A stretch of 64,000 nucleotides of DNA from Camelus ferus (lineage: Eukaryota). The translations under genes and the position numbers were made by a program. Of the stretch, positions 38,667 to 50,559 are shown piece after piece. How positions within the stretch are numbered: position 1 is the stretch's first letter; every line of letters begins with the position of its first letter. The stretch covers positions 83,206,001 through 83,270,000 of the forward strand of contig NC_045697.1 of assembly GCF_009834535.1 (NCBI RefSeq), read 5' to 3'. The notes below the pieces were generated by a model. The model had not been told where the DNA came from and searched no databases. It saw nothing but the letters and a program-made list of their open reading frames with translations.

Positions 38667-39779
38667 CTGTGGATGAGAAGACAAACCAATAACCTGTGGT
38701 AAGTACAAACACACACAAAATTAACCTCGATAGGCCAACAATGGAGAAACCAATTCAAAGACAACATATTAGCCAGCACAATAACTCTGATTGATTCACC
38801 ATGCTTTTCTCTAACAAGACATTTATGGTCCTTGTTAAAGTAACTGGCTTGCTTTCATTCCTCTAAATTCACATGCTTACAAAGCTAGTCTCTTTTAAAA
38901 CTATTTTATATCTTCTTTTCCAAATGTCCCTCTGATAGTTTTCTATGAGCTTTCATAGAATGCTTATGCTTTTTCCTTGTTCTCCATACTTATTTAACCT
39001 TTGCATATTATTATAATTAATAAAGCTTATTAATGGATAATAGCCCTCTTTATTACTATTTTATTGTTATTAGTATTATTATTATTTTCTTAATAAATGG
39101 TGATTATCAAAGAACCATCCCAATATATCCTATAATAATTATCCTATTCTTCAATAGGCCAACAGAAGGGGAGTCTACAGTCTCATTTCCTAAACTACAC
39201 ATTCATGAATTTCTTTCACATTCATAAAGTTCTTCCTTATATCAAACCTAAATTTCTCCTATTACAAACTACAACCATTTTCTGTGGGTCCCTGGAAATA
39301 GGCAACAGCTGGTTGCATTTTCTGTATAGTGACATTAAGGATGAAATTGTTAGGGAGCCATTTAAATTTGACAGATGACACATGAATCATAAGGACTGAA
39401 GAGATCCTGAATGTTCATCATTTTATCCTTCAAGTCAATACCTAAATAACTTTAGGAGGTTAACAATTCTTTCCTTGAATAATAATACTTAAAGCATCAG
39501 TAACCTAAGTAGGTCTTTGTTGCTAGGAAATTATGAAACTTATTTAAGATTTATTCTCCTATATAAATCTTTTCTGTTTTAACTATTAGCAATTTAGTTT
39601 ATTCACCCAACCATTCACTGACTCAGTGGCCTGTTCCATAGACAAAACAACCCTATGTATCAAATCAACTAGAATATGAATTACAATTTTTAAAAGGTAA
39701 TAAAGAAATGGCATTGATGGTATCTTCTTGTGTTTTGTAATATTAGTTGAATTTTTAAGTGACTAATATATATTAATAC

Positions 39780-40020
39780 TAAAATTTATTTAAGACACAC
39801 ATATTCTGGTAATCAAGTACCAGGAAAAATTATGAGTGCTTTAAAAATATTAATTCATGTTATCCTATAATTATCCTTTAAGACAAATTGTATTCTTATC
39901 ATAATTTTTGAGTCCAGGAGTGTGTTAAGGTAACAATGTTTATAAGTGGTAGAGTTCCCTGGGATTAACATAGGTGGTTTGATTCTAGAGTCAGTACTCT
40001 TAACCACCATGCTGTGTTGT
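39780..40020 (-). mobile_element. MIR
   Basis: tataagtggtagag...gattctagagtcagtactcttaaccaccatgc. Confidence 0.65.
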
Positions 40021-40049
40021 CAAAAAAATTAGGAAGAGGAGATTGTGGA

Positions 40050-42300
40050 AGGATGGCTATAGCAAAAATAAATTTTGATTCTTATAAAGACTGAGCAACC
40101 AATGGGATAGTAAAACACACAAAACAGCTAGATAGTATATCCAAAACTCATAGGAAATATTTATAACAAATCGAGGCAACAAGGTATCCCCATAGACTTC
40201 AAAATATAATTGGTTGAGGACCCGTATTATATCAGCATCCGTGCATGAGAAAGCAGAGACAAGCAACAAATTGTCTGACAGAACTAAGAAAAGAACCTCA
40301 AAATATGCAACATGCTGAAAAACTAGAATTGCAGTTTGAAAACAGCTGCTGAAACTGTTAGTGTTTTTGTCAAATCCAATACGAGGTGAGCTGAGGGGCC
40401 CACAAGAAAATAATTTGAGAAGACTACAGCAGTTTGACATCTGGAAATCTAAAAACTGACCAGTTAGATCTCCTAGGCTGGGCAGAAACTGCCTGCAGTG
40501 GAATCAAAATTGAGCAGGACAATAAAAATAGAGATGAAGGAAAAACAACCCTCAGAGAAAAGTAGGGAGAAAACAAAACCAGGAAATCTTAGAAAGCAAG
40601 CTTCTATAGTTTTGGTATTAGATGAAAATAAAAGGAATTTAGAGAAGTTTAGAAAGTCTCTCAGAACCAGAACTCCTACTAAAAATTCAAAATACAAATA
40701 ATTTTTCATCAAAATAGGAAATAAAAAGTATTGAGGTCAAATTCTATACAAAGTTTTTATATGAAAAATGGATGCCAAAATACAGTATAGATGAACTATA
40801 ACAGGCTAATTCAAAATGAGATAAAGTACATTAAAAATTACTGAAGACATAAAAAACAACATTAAAAACAACATAAAAAACCCTCAAGCATATTGATAGA
40901 CCTCAGGGGAAAAAAAAAGAAGTAAAAGAAACTGTTTTTCACAGAAATAAAAATGAATTAGGGAAACACAAACAAACATAGGTAACACCTTAGAAAAAAT
41001 AGAAGGTAAAAAATTGAAAAATTGTAAAAACCAGAGATAAATGAAAGAAGAGGTTAAAAAATAATAATAATTAGAAAGTGATAAATACTGAAGATAGGCA
41101 AAGGAAGGCCAAGAAAGAAAGCCCAACAAGCAGTAATAGTAGCCCAAGGTGGGGTAAGAGGGAAAGAAAAGGAAACGCTAAAAATTCCCATTCAGGAAAC
41201 TTCTTTTATATAAAGAAGAATTAAAATTACATATTGAAAAAGCATATCACTTACATGAGTACAGTTCCAAAAGAACCAATGATAAGAAATACTGGGCTTC
41301 AAAGAAAAAAAGAAAAAATAATAATTTGACATTAGGCAAAAAATATAATTTGACCTATTAGAGAAAGAAATTATTTCATTATCAGTCTTTCTGACAATAA
41401 ATTTTAAGTAGAAGAAAATAGAGTAATATAAATATGCAAGGGGGAAAAGTGACAGTTTTATACCCAGCAAAACTGATTTCAACTCTGAAAGTCCAAACTG
41501 TTGTCTCATAAAAGAACTAAGGAAATATTGCTCCCATGAGTGCTTCCAGAGGAATTCACTAGAGAATGCACTTCAGACTACTAAAGTGATTATAAAACAT
41601 TACCATAAGGACTGGTCACCAGCATTAAACCTATGGATATTTGCAGATCTTACTAAGACTAAATGAAGGTTAAAACGGAGAGAGTATTATTTGAATAGCT
41701 ATGTGCTCAGATGTTTTTAAATTATGGAAAAAAGGAGGAGAGCTTTTATGAAAAGAATAATTTTAACTATCCTTGTTAATTATACTGGAGGTGGTAGTTA
41801 TAATACTGTTATTCTGAGCTCACTGGATGTCTAATGTTGTATAAAGCAAATGAATAAATTATGATTTATTCTAACTATCATCACTTGTGATACTGAGAAT
41901 GAGGATTTTTTTAGAGTGGAAGAAAGGAAATATGGTTGTAATATAGAAAAGAATTAAGTTTAAAAACTTAACTTACTGAATTGGAAATACCTATATGAAC
42001 TCATGCTACTGGGATGCTCATTTCTACTGTACTTTGCTGAATGCATAGTTAAGGATGCAGTCCAGCTGCAATAAGCATTCCTAATTCCCAGACTGCAGTC
42101 TTGAATTATTATTTATCATTAAAAGAAACAGACTCCATAAAGAAACAGCCAATTCAGACCTGAAGCAGGAAATGTAAAAATGAGAGTAAAATGTCTCCAT
42201 ATCAGACAGCAAAGAAGCCTTCAAAGATTATTACAGTTATGTCAAAATGATTAAAGAGCCAATTTGAAGAGGCTCTTACTGGCTAATGATGGGAAAGATA
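40050..42300 (+). mobile_element. Old L1 (L1MC/MD-type) fragments
   Basis: A-rich ORF1-like tracts (tatacccagcaaaactg, gaactaaggaaatattgctcccatgag, tagagaatgcacttcag) and L1MC-like 3' tracts (gccaatttgaagaggctcttactggc). Confidence 0.65.
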
Positions 42301-42689
42301 TTTATTTATAATAATATATTTTGAAACTAAATGCTGAAGAGGTTAGGTTAGCATAGTTAGGTGGTCAGTTTCTAAAGTGACAAATGCCATGAAGAGCTTT
42401 AATGGTGGCAAGTATCTATCATTCAAAGAATTTCATTCAATTTTCCTTGAAACATCAGAATCTTCTCTAATTACTCTAATAATCTAATTTTGTCCCATTA
42501 CCTCATGTAATGATTGACTCAAACTTGCTTTAAAATAGGGCTAATTGAAAGGTTACAAAAATGTATTCTTCCAATTAAGTACTTGTGAAAGCAAAACCCA
42601 ATCTTACATCTAATTCCCTTAAATTATATTTGACATTTTACTCATGAATGATCATATCTCAAATGCTAATTTTTAAACTCTCACTTTGG

Positions 42690-42945
42690 TGATATTATGG
42701 AGGACAATACAGAAGACATCCTCAGTGGAGTCAGAGTGATCATATAATAGTAATTTCTATCATACAGGAGAGAAGTATTAAAACTTTGAAAGAAGGCATT
42801 GACAATGGAATTGATGAGAAAGGGATACGTGGGAAAAAAGCAGAATGGCCAAACTGGATCTAACACGAGAAAAGCATGATATCTACAAAGACTTTCTGAT
42901 ATTGTGCTTGGAAGATCTGATGGATTCTTGTGTCCCAAACAGAGA
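42690..42945. mobile_element. Probable L2 fragment
   Basis: Purine-rich tract ending ...aagactttctgatattgtgcttggaagatctgatggattcttgtgtcc resembles the L2 3' region. Confidence 0.45.
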
Positions 42946-43004
42946 TTAAAGAAAAGTATGTATATTTATAAGTATACATTTAGAAAATATGATATATGCT
43001 GGTG

Positions 43005-43740
43005 TCTACCTACACTGTTGCTGGGAATGTAAATCGGTGCAGCCACTATGGAGGACAGTATGAAAGTTCCTTAAAAAACTAAAAATAGATTTACCATATG
43101 ATCCAGCAGTCCCACTCTTGGACATGTATCTGGAGAAAATTATAATTTGAAAAGATATATAACCCCTATGTTCACAGCAGCACTGTCTACAATAGCCAAG
43201 ATATGAAAACAACCTAAATGCCCATCAATAGATAACTAGATAAAGAAAAGATGGTATATATATATACAATGGAATATTACTTAGCCATAAAAAAGAATGA
43301 AACAATGCCATTTGCAGCAACATGGATGGACCTAGAGATTATTATTTTGAGTGAAGTAAGTCAGACAGACAAACATCATATGATATCACTTACATGTGAA
43401 GTCTGAAAAAAAAGATACAAATTCTATTTACAAACCAAAAACAGACTTACAGACATAGAAAACAAACTATCATTACCAAAGGGGAAAGGGTGGGGAGGGA
43501 TAAATTTTTAGAGGTTAGGAATCAACAGACACACATTAATGTATATAAAACAGATAAACAACAGGGATCGACTGGCTAGCACAGGGAACTATATTCAATT
43601 TCTTGTAATAACATATAATCGAAAAGAATCTGAAAAGAAAAAATACATATGTATGTTTATGTATAACTGAATCACTTTGCTGTCCCCCTGAAACTAACAT
43701 TATAAATCAACTACACTTCAATAAATTTTTTTTAAAAAAT
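43005..43740 (+). mobile_element. 5'-truncated L1 (ORF2 end and 3'UTR)
   Basis: tacactgttgctgggaatgtaaatcggtgcagccactatgga...gcaacatggatggacctagagatt...aatcaactacacttcaataaa. Confidence 0.95.
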
Positions 43741-44049
43741 GATAGAGATTAACACAAGGAAATCGGTCAATCCCTTAACTTTCTATAACATGAAAAAAGG
43801 AGATAAACTCAGTTTCTTTTTATCTTTAAACTGAAGATTATATAGAGGAAAATTGCATATTTAAGGTTTTTTTTAACTGATAAGAAAACATTTGAAATAT
43901 AAAAGGTTGCATTAAGACTTCGGTTTCAAACGTGAAATTACTAGTTTCTACTTCCTTGTATTCCATGAAAACAGCATTTCCTTTACATTTTTCTCTGAAA
44001 ATAAGATTTTGCTATTTAAACTAAGAGTATCTATTTTAAAGCCTAGACA

Positions 44050-44257
44050 TCATCCACAGTTAGAACAAATGAAGTCCAGAATCTGCTTATAAACAATCAC
44101 ATTTTAAGTACTGCATGTATGCCCCAAATCCTGATGTAGAAATGAAGGACATAACTTCAAATGGGAAATCTGACTTTAGACCATAAAGATGAAACAAGAG
44201 TACCCTTATTTCAGTTTCTTCACCAATGTTCTTTTTAAACTATGCGATTAATGGATC
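44050..44257 (-). pseudogene. Possible relic exon with highly degenerate zinc finger
   Basis: Acceptor gcctatag|. IRVLLFHLYGLKSDFPFEVMSFISTSGFGAYMQYLKC has finger-like spacing but has lost the Cys residues. Confidence 0.3.
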
Positions 44258-44723
44258 CTATAGGCTTACATTCCAAAAAAGAAGAAAAAAAAATGTATAT
44301 CAAGCATGAAAGACTGACAGTTGTATCGATATAAAATGAATAATTTATCATCTTCACCCTATTTTTCCATTTCCTTTTTAATATTTGAAATAAAGGTGGA
44401 AAGAATGAAAAGAGAGAGGATTTTATAAAACAGTAGTTCTTTTGCTCAATATCCTTCTTAATATATATTAATCATTCTTTTCACAATATTTATATTCTGA
44501 TTAAAATTCCATTGTTACCATGTATATCAGAACAGGCTACAATGATAAACCTCATCCTTTCCTAATGTTTACATATGAAATTAGCTAGCCAGATTTAACT
44601 ATGCCTTTTTTTTCATACAAATAGGGAATGTTGAAAATAAGAAAAACCCTCTAAACAATCAAAATGTGTTTCCTTATTTTTAAATAATCTATTAGTTAAA
44701 AGATACATTTGTCCTTACACTAC

Positions 44724-45222
44724 CTGATATGTCTCAAAAATCCCCTCTTTATTTCTGAGTAATCACACCAAAATGGCATTTCAACAATGTCACATTTGGA
44801 GAGTTTCAAGGGACACTGTTTATGGAAATGTTCATTATCTTTGTTGCTAATGTCAGTGTGTCTGGATTTCCAAAGGAGGTTTTTTTTTAAGTTGACAATT
44901 AACAATATAATTGCTTTTATTGTCATTTCAATAAAGAATTCATCTAGTCATCTGGATTTGAGCAATTCATGTGGCTCGAGCTTTAAGATAGAGAACTGCT
45001 TTCTTTTAAAAAATAAATTGAGGGGTTCATCCATCAAGTCTCTAATCACTTCTTTCAGAGCACTTGAAACACTGTGTTATCAGTGATGCTGGGAAGCTGG
45101 AAGCCAAGAATCTCTTTTTATTTCATCATTTCGAATTTGTTCTCAGAATATCAAAAATCTTTTTTTTAAGATGAAACTTTGTTTTTGGTTACCTTGGCTC
45201 TGCATCCTTTAAAATGGGCTAT
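44724..45222 (-). pseudogene. Relic exon: helical transposase N-terminal domain (extra copy)
   Basis: Acceptor tattaatcag| and donor cag|gtagtg. HSVSSALKEVIRDLMDE...DIVEMPFWCDYSEIKRGFL parallels the 25669-25880 segment (LSKVIRDV...YDPF....*YKC). Confidence 0.6.
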
Positions 45223-46334
45223 CTGATTAATATACAGGATATAATATAATTGTTATATACATGCCAGAAAAGAAAATGTTTCCTGTTCTAAAGTAAGTAA
45301 TTCTGATAAATATGTAAAAGAGCATTAATTTTCTTTGTGAAATATTCATTACTTTGATTTGCTATGATTTTTATATGCATAGATAACACCAAGGCCCTTG
45401 TGTTGAGCATTTAAATAAGTATGATTACATTTCTGAAACATCTTGGCAAGACCTCAGAGCCACCACTGAGACCTTGACAGTTGTAACTGCCAAGGACTTT
45501 CCCCTGACATTGAACAAGAATAAAACAGATACTTCAATGTACCATGGAACATTCCTCTGCTTCTTTAAAATTACAGTTTTATAGCTATCTATTCATTTAC
45601 TTTTCCTGTTTATGAAATAATCTTAACAGTTCCCTCCTCCTATATACTTAAAAAATTGAACAAAGAAAGAATCCAACATTAAAGTGGATACTAAACATGT
45701 TTTATGCAGTTCTCCTCATGTGAGCAATTGATTAAAATCGTATTTCAACACAAATATTAACCAGTAATCCTTGGTTAAAATACATCTTAGGATTTGGGAA
45801 ATAAAATGTATGATAAAACCAAAGTAATTGAGTTTAATCAGATTGCAAATTTGACATTAGAATACATAATTTAATAACTTTCAAATATACAAATTGTGCA
45901 CACATAGGGAATGGTAGACAAAAAATACCTCCACCTAAGGACAAGGCAAGATGGAGTGGGCTCAAAATGCAGCATGGAGTAATTTAAGTTTGAAATACAA
46001 GTACCAAAGGGAGCTGGAAAAATATAGGGAGTTCTCTTCACAGGTCTTTGTGAAGTATTTCTCTCTCTGAGATAAGATTGGATCCCTTATCTCAATTCTT
46101 TCTTTTGGCTGTGGCTTGTAGATAATGTTGAGAATTCATTCATGAAGAAATAATATATACTATGCAGTCATTTGTGGAAATAGTCACTTTTTCTCTTTAT
46201 TGGCAATTTATCTTTACCATTTACTATGGAGCATGACACATAGTAAATGCACAGTTACTATTGGCTAATTCATAAATCAATGAAGGAATGAATCTACATA
46301 GGGTGTTCTACCAAATGTCAGGCTAAGGCAGGGC

Positions 46335-46490
46335 AGGCTATCACAGGGGTTAAGAGCATGTGGTCTGGAGCCACAGCTGGGATGAAATCCTGGCTCCTCC
46401 ACTCACCAGCTCTGTGACCCGGAGTGAGTAATTTTATCTCTCTGTGCCCCAAATTCCTCATCTGTAAAATGGGATATTAATAATTAAGTA
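46335..46490 (+). mobile_element. MIR
   Basis: ggttaagagcatgtggtctggagcca...aatcctggctcctccactcaccagctctgtgacc...cctcatctgtaaaatggga. Confidence 0.9.
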
Positions 46491-46756
46491 AAAATACAGT
46501 ATTTAGGAGACTGAAAGAAACAATTAAAAACAAGTAGAAATGACATGTTAGTCACAGTGAACTTTTGAGAAATGTATATTAAGATAATAACATTAAAATA
46601 CATTTTTACATGTCCATTTCTTTATACATGGGAAAGAATCTACTAACAGCTAACATTTTGAAGCTAGCATGTATATAGGATCTCTTATATATCAATAACT
46701 GCTCCAAGCTCATTTTAATGTATTTTCAGGTGTTCAAGAAAACTTTGCCACACTTA

Positions 46757-47263
46757 TGTAACAGAGAAGAAAAAACCTGACTCCATATTAGATCTGTTCC
46801 TTTAGCTCTAACCCTGTGCTCTGTTTCCTGTGCTTAGTCATTCTGGTTCTGCACCTTTTCTAAAAGAATGTTGCCTAGAGCCTGAAATATACAGGATAGT
46901 CCATTCTCAAGGCTCTGACCTTTAAGGATAACACTCTTCCATTCACATTCACACAGAGATAAAAAAGTTGCAGAACAGAGAATAACTTTTGTCTTGTTGG
47001 AGGTTTACAGGAACACCACAACCTGACCTATACAGACAGGTGCAACACCAAGAAGTTTGCAACAACCAAACACACCCCTCCCCTTTTCAATATAAAAGGA
47101 GCCTGAATTCTGACTTGGGGAAGATAGTTCTCTAGGACATTAGCCCCCATCTTCTCGGTCTGCTGGCTTTCCAAATAAAGTCATTATTCCCTGCCCCAAC
47201 ATCTCGTGTCCTGATTTATTGGCCTGTCATGCAGCAAACAGAATGAGTTTAGAGTCGGTAACA
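46757..47263 (+). mobile_element. Solo ERV1-class LTR
   Basis: TGTAAC...GGTAACA termini, tataaaag near 47091, aataaa near 47174, 4-bp flanks ctta/ctca. Confidence 0.85.
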
Positions 47264-47326
47264 CTCATACAGCGAGGGAGGAGTAAAAGTAATACTTGGA
47301 AAAAGCTGTCCACAAGAACTAAATCC

Positions 47327-47640
47327 TCACAGGCTGGTCAGATGCCAAAACAGTGATTTTTCTTCAGGAACAGCACAACCATGGATTAAGCCATTGCATG
47401 CCTCTGGAAGGCAGGGTCAGGCAGGAATCTGACCCACGGTCCGCCAGGAGGAACAGACATGCAGGAGAATGCTTCACAAGAAGCAGCCCCTCTGTGTGTT
47501 ACACACACACCCACACAGCTACACATGTCCTCATTACTGGAGGACAGAATCCATCCGAACAGTATGGTGGTGGCAGCACCAGAAGTACAGCTTCAGAAAG
47601 GAGGGCTGCAACAGTCAGAGTATTACAGGGACCCAATAAG
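47327..47640 (-). pseudogene. Relic segment: most 5' degenerate zinc-finger pair
   Basis: LCGCVCNTQRGCFL*SILLHVCSS...PCLPEACNGLIHG...EKSLFWHLTSL has C..C/L.H and C...C/SL..HL spacing. Confidence 0.45.
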
Positions 47641-49099
47641 CGCCTCTAATTCTCAAGCATGTGGAGAAGAACAGTTATCCCTTTCCCTCTTTTCCTCAAA
47701 AAAAAAAAAGAAAGAGTCATGTGACATGGTTATGAAAATTTCAAAATAATAATTTGAAAAATACAGGACATTTCAAATAATTCTTCTGTATGTTTTGATC
47801 CATTTTCCTATGGCCAAAACATGCAATGCACACAGAGACACAGCAGGGAGCTAGCCATTACCAATAATATCAACAACATTTTAAAATTGTAAGCCTACAA
47901 ATGTTTAAATAATTTTAATAGCAGTCAATAAAAATGAAAGCAAGACATAAACTAATTCATGATTTTTCTTTGCTGACTGTTATTTAAAAGATTGTTTATT
48001 AGTAAATTTAAATTATGTAAAATGTTACATGACTATGATGGCAGATACATATTGAGGTCAAATTACTTGCCTTGCTTGCAAGTAGACTTAAATCTAGATT
48101 TTTTGTTGACTATTCATTCTAACTACTTTCTATCAACGTATTTTCTGTTCAATTAGTTCTGTTTTATTCAAAATAAAAAGTAAAATGAAACAAAAATCCC
48201 ATAAGAATTACTTCCCATTACTATATTTTAGTTTCAGACGATACATTACCTAAGTTCCATCAAGAAAATACTGGTTAATACAATTTTAGAAACTTACAGG
48301 CTCTAACTTCCTATCTTTTCCTTTAGAAAATCAACTCTACTATAATTTGAAAATAAATCCACTTCAGCTTTTTGCTTCAGAACTTACTTTATTTCTACTA
48401 TCAAGAGTAACTAGACTGACTTTTGGCAATCCAGTTCAGCATTCTCTGCTGAGCATAATTCAACTGTGGAGAAGGAGACTTCAGCCATGGTCTTGAAAAA
48501 AAAATGACAAGAAAAGACTTTGTTTTTTTTAGGATAAAAATGTGCTTTTTAAAAAAACTAATTTTTTTTATCTTCTTCCTTTATAGTTAACTCCAGTTCT
48601 AGTTAAATCTATTACAGTCTTCTACCTGATCATCATACTAAGCACTTTTTCCCTTCAAATGAAAAGCTATCTCTGAATCCATTTCAGTGCTGATGTCCCA
48701 CAGAGAAGGAATCACACTGCAGGTGCTGCTGAAGGAAGAAAAGGGAAAAGTAAGCATATAAGTGACCACGTATTGAGCTTCTAATATGGGCCAGGTACCT
48801 AGCTAGCTGTTTCTTTCCAAGCTGTATGAAAAGTCCATTCCATTTTAGAAAACTTGGAGATACATTACATGAAATCAGGAGATCAAGATTAGGCAAGAGT
48901 GAAAATAATGGGAAATGTTTAATTTCTCTTTGTTCACAACAACAAAATCAAAGCCATCTCTCTCTAAGGCGGTATTTCATCTATCATTGCAGTTATTGGC
49001 ACACTCTTGCTATCAACTGGTTTTGCTTTCAGAGAAGCACAAGCATTGGAGAAGATGTTTGTCTTAGAGAAAAAAAAGAAACCAAAAAACAGGTGATAA

Positions 49100-49360
49100 C
49101 ACAGAAAACAGCACTTCAGAAAACCAGAAACCCCGGAAGAGAGGAACAATTGAATTGCCCTGTCAGCTGCCATCTCCGGCCCTGTATACTGTGCTGCTCA
49201 CCTACGTGAGGGGGAAACATTTGTTAACTGCTACATCTGAGTCAAAGATGAAATCCTTTCTAGGTTCTGAAAAAATAAATTGGTGTGTTTGTATATACTA
49301 TTGGCCTATTTTTAATAAACGCATGTATGTTTGTTTAATCAGCATCCTGATTGGCGGCTG
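49100..49360 (-). promoter_or_regulatory. Candidate promoter/enhancer
   Basis: Two minus-strand CCAAT boxes (plus-strand attgg at ~49300 and ~49350), AP-1 tgagtca at ~49238, ETS ccggaag at ~49133. Confidence 0.35.
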
Positions 49361-50304
49361 TTCAGTGCCTTTTGCACACTTTGGAGATATCATCATAGGT
49401 TTTGTGAGACTGATATGCAATTTAAAAATAAGTGTTTCAAATAATTTTTGAAAGGCAACCTCCAGGAATACACATTGATTACTCACAACTCACTCTATAC
49501 CCTCAGGACATCTGATAAATGACTCCTGTTCTTATCTGTAAAAAAACTTATTTATAGTATCTGTCAAATTCTTTCTTTGGGTCAAAACTAAAATGTATTT
49601 GGTTCAACTTAGCTTTCATTTGAAGAAATAACTTTAGCTGGCTGTCTTAAAAAAAAAGTTGATGGGGAATTTGAAAGAGACAGTGTAAATTAGACAGACA
49701 AAAAAAAAAAAAAAAAAAAAAAACCCAGAAATTCTCACTGCACATGAGTAGGAAAATGTCCTGTATAAATATACACAGATTCCAACTTCTCTAGAAGTTA
49801 TGACTCCTGAAAGTTTCATCTGCCTCTTTGCCAACAAAGCTAGAGAATATTTAAAGAATATATAGAAAGGTAGCCTTAGATTTTAATTAGGTAAAACTTT
49901 AAACCAAAGAATTAATCTATTAAAAATGTTTTTGGCTCCATATATTCAGGACACCAAGACTAGCAATAATCAATGAGATATCAACAAGAACTCCAAGGAA
50001 CACGTTCATGGAGGGGAGAAAGAATGACATAGAAGTCACTCCATTTAATATTTACTGATTTGAGAATGTGATAGAAATAAATAATATGAATGTGAAAACA
50101 GTATCTGAAGATATATAGTTGAGATGATTCTGTATCTTTGCAACTGAACACACTTTTCTGTTCTCCTAACACTTAGCATTAACAATTTAATTTTTTAAGG
50201 CATATCTTCTTAAGAATAAGATAAACATCTTCCTGGGGAAGAAACAAGACAGAAACCCAAGCGATGACTTGGCTGAAGACAACTTCCTGCCAAACTAGGG
50301 AGCT

Positions 50305-50355
50305 AAGAGCAGATGGCGCTGCCCCGTAATTTTCGGCTGCCTAGCGGTCCGCTGT
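50305..50355. promoter_or_regulatory. CTCF-like motif(s) in a small CpG-containing patch
   Basis: gagcagatggcgctg on plus and gaccgctaggcagc on minus. Both are imperfect matches. Confidence 0.3.
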
Positions 50356-50559
50356 CAAACTGGGAAGGAGGGATTGGTGCTCTGTTTAGAGCCACTGGCT
50401 TCAGTGGGTTTCCTCTGCTTGTGAAAGGAGGGGAGTGAAGGAAAAATACATGTTGCCAGCACTGCCTGTGCTGTTTTGTTTGTTTGAGTAATCAGAGAGC
50501 ATTTGGAGGCAGGAAAATATAGACATTACCTCCTGATGGAGGACTGAAATGAGCTGCCT

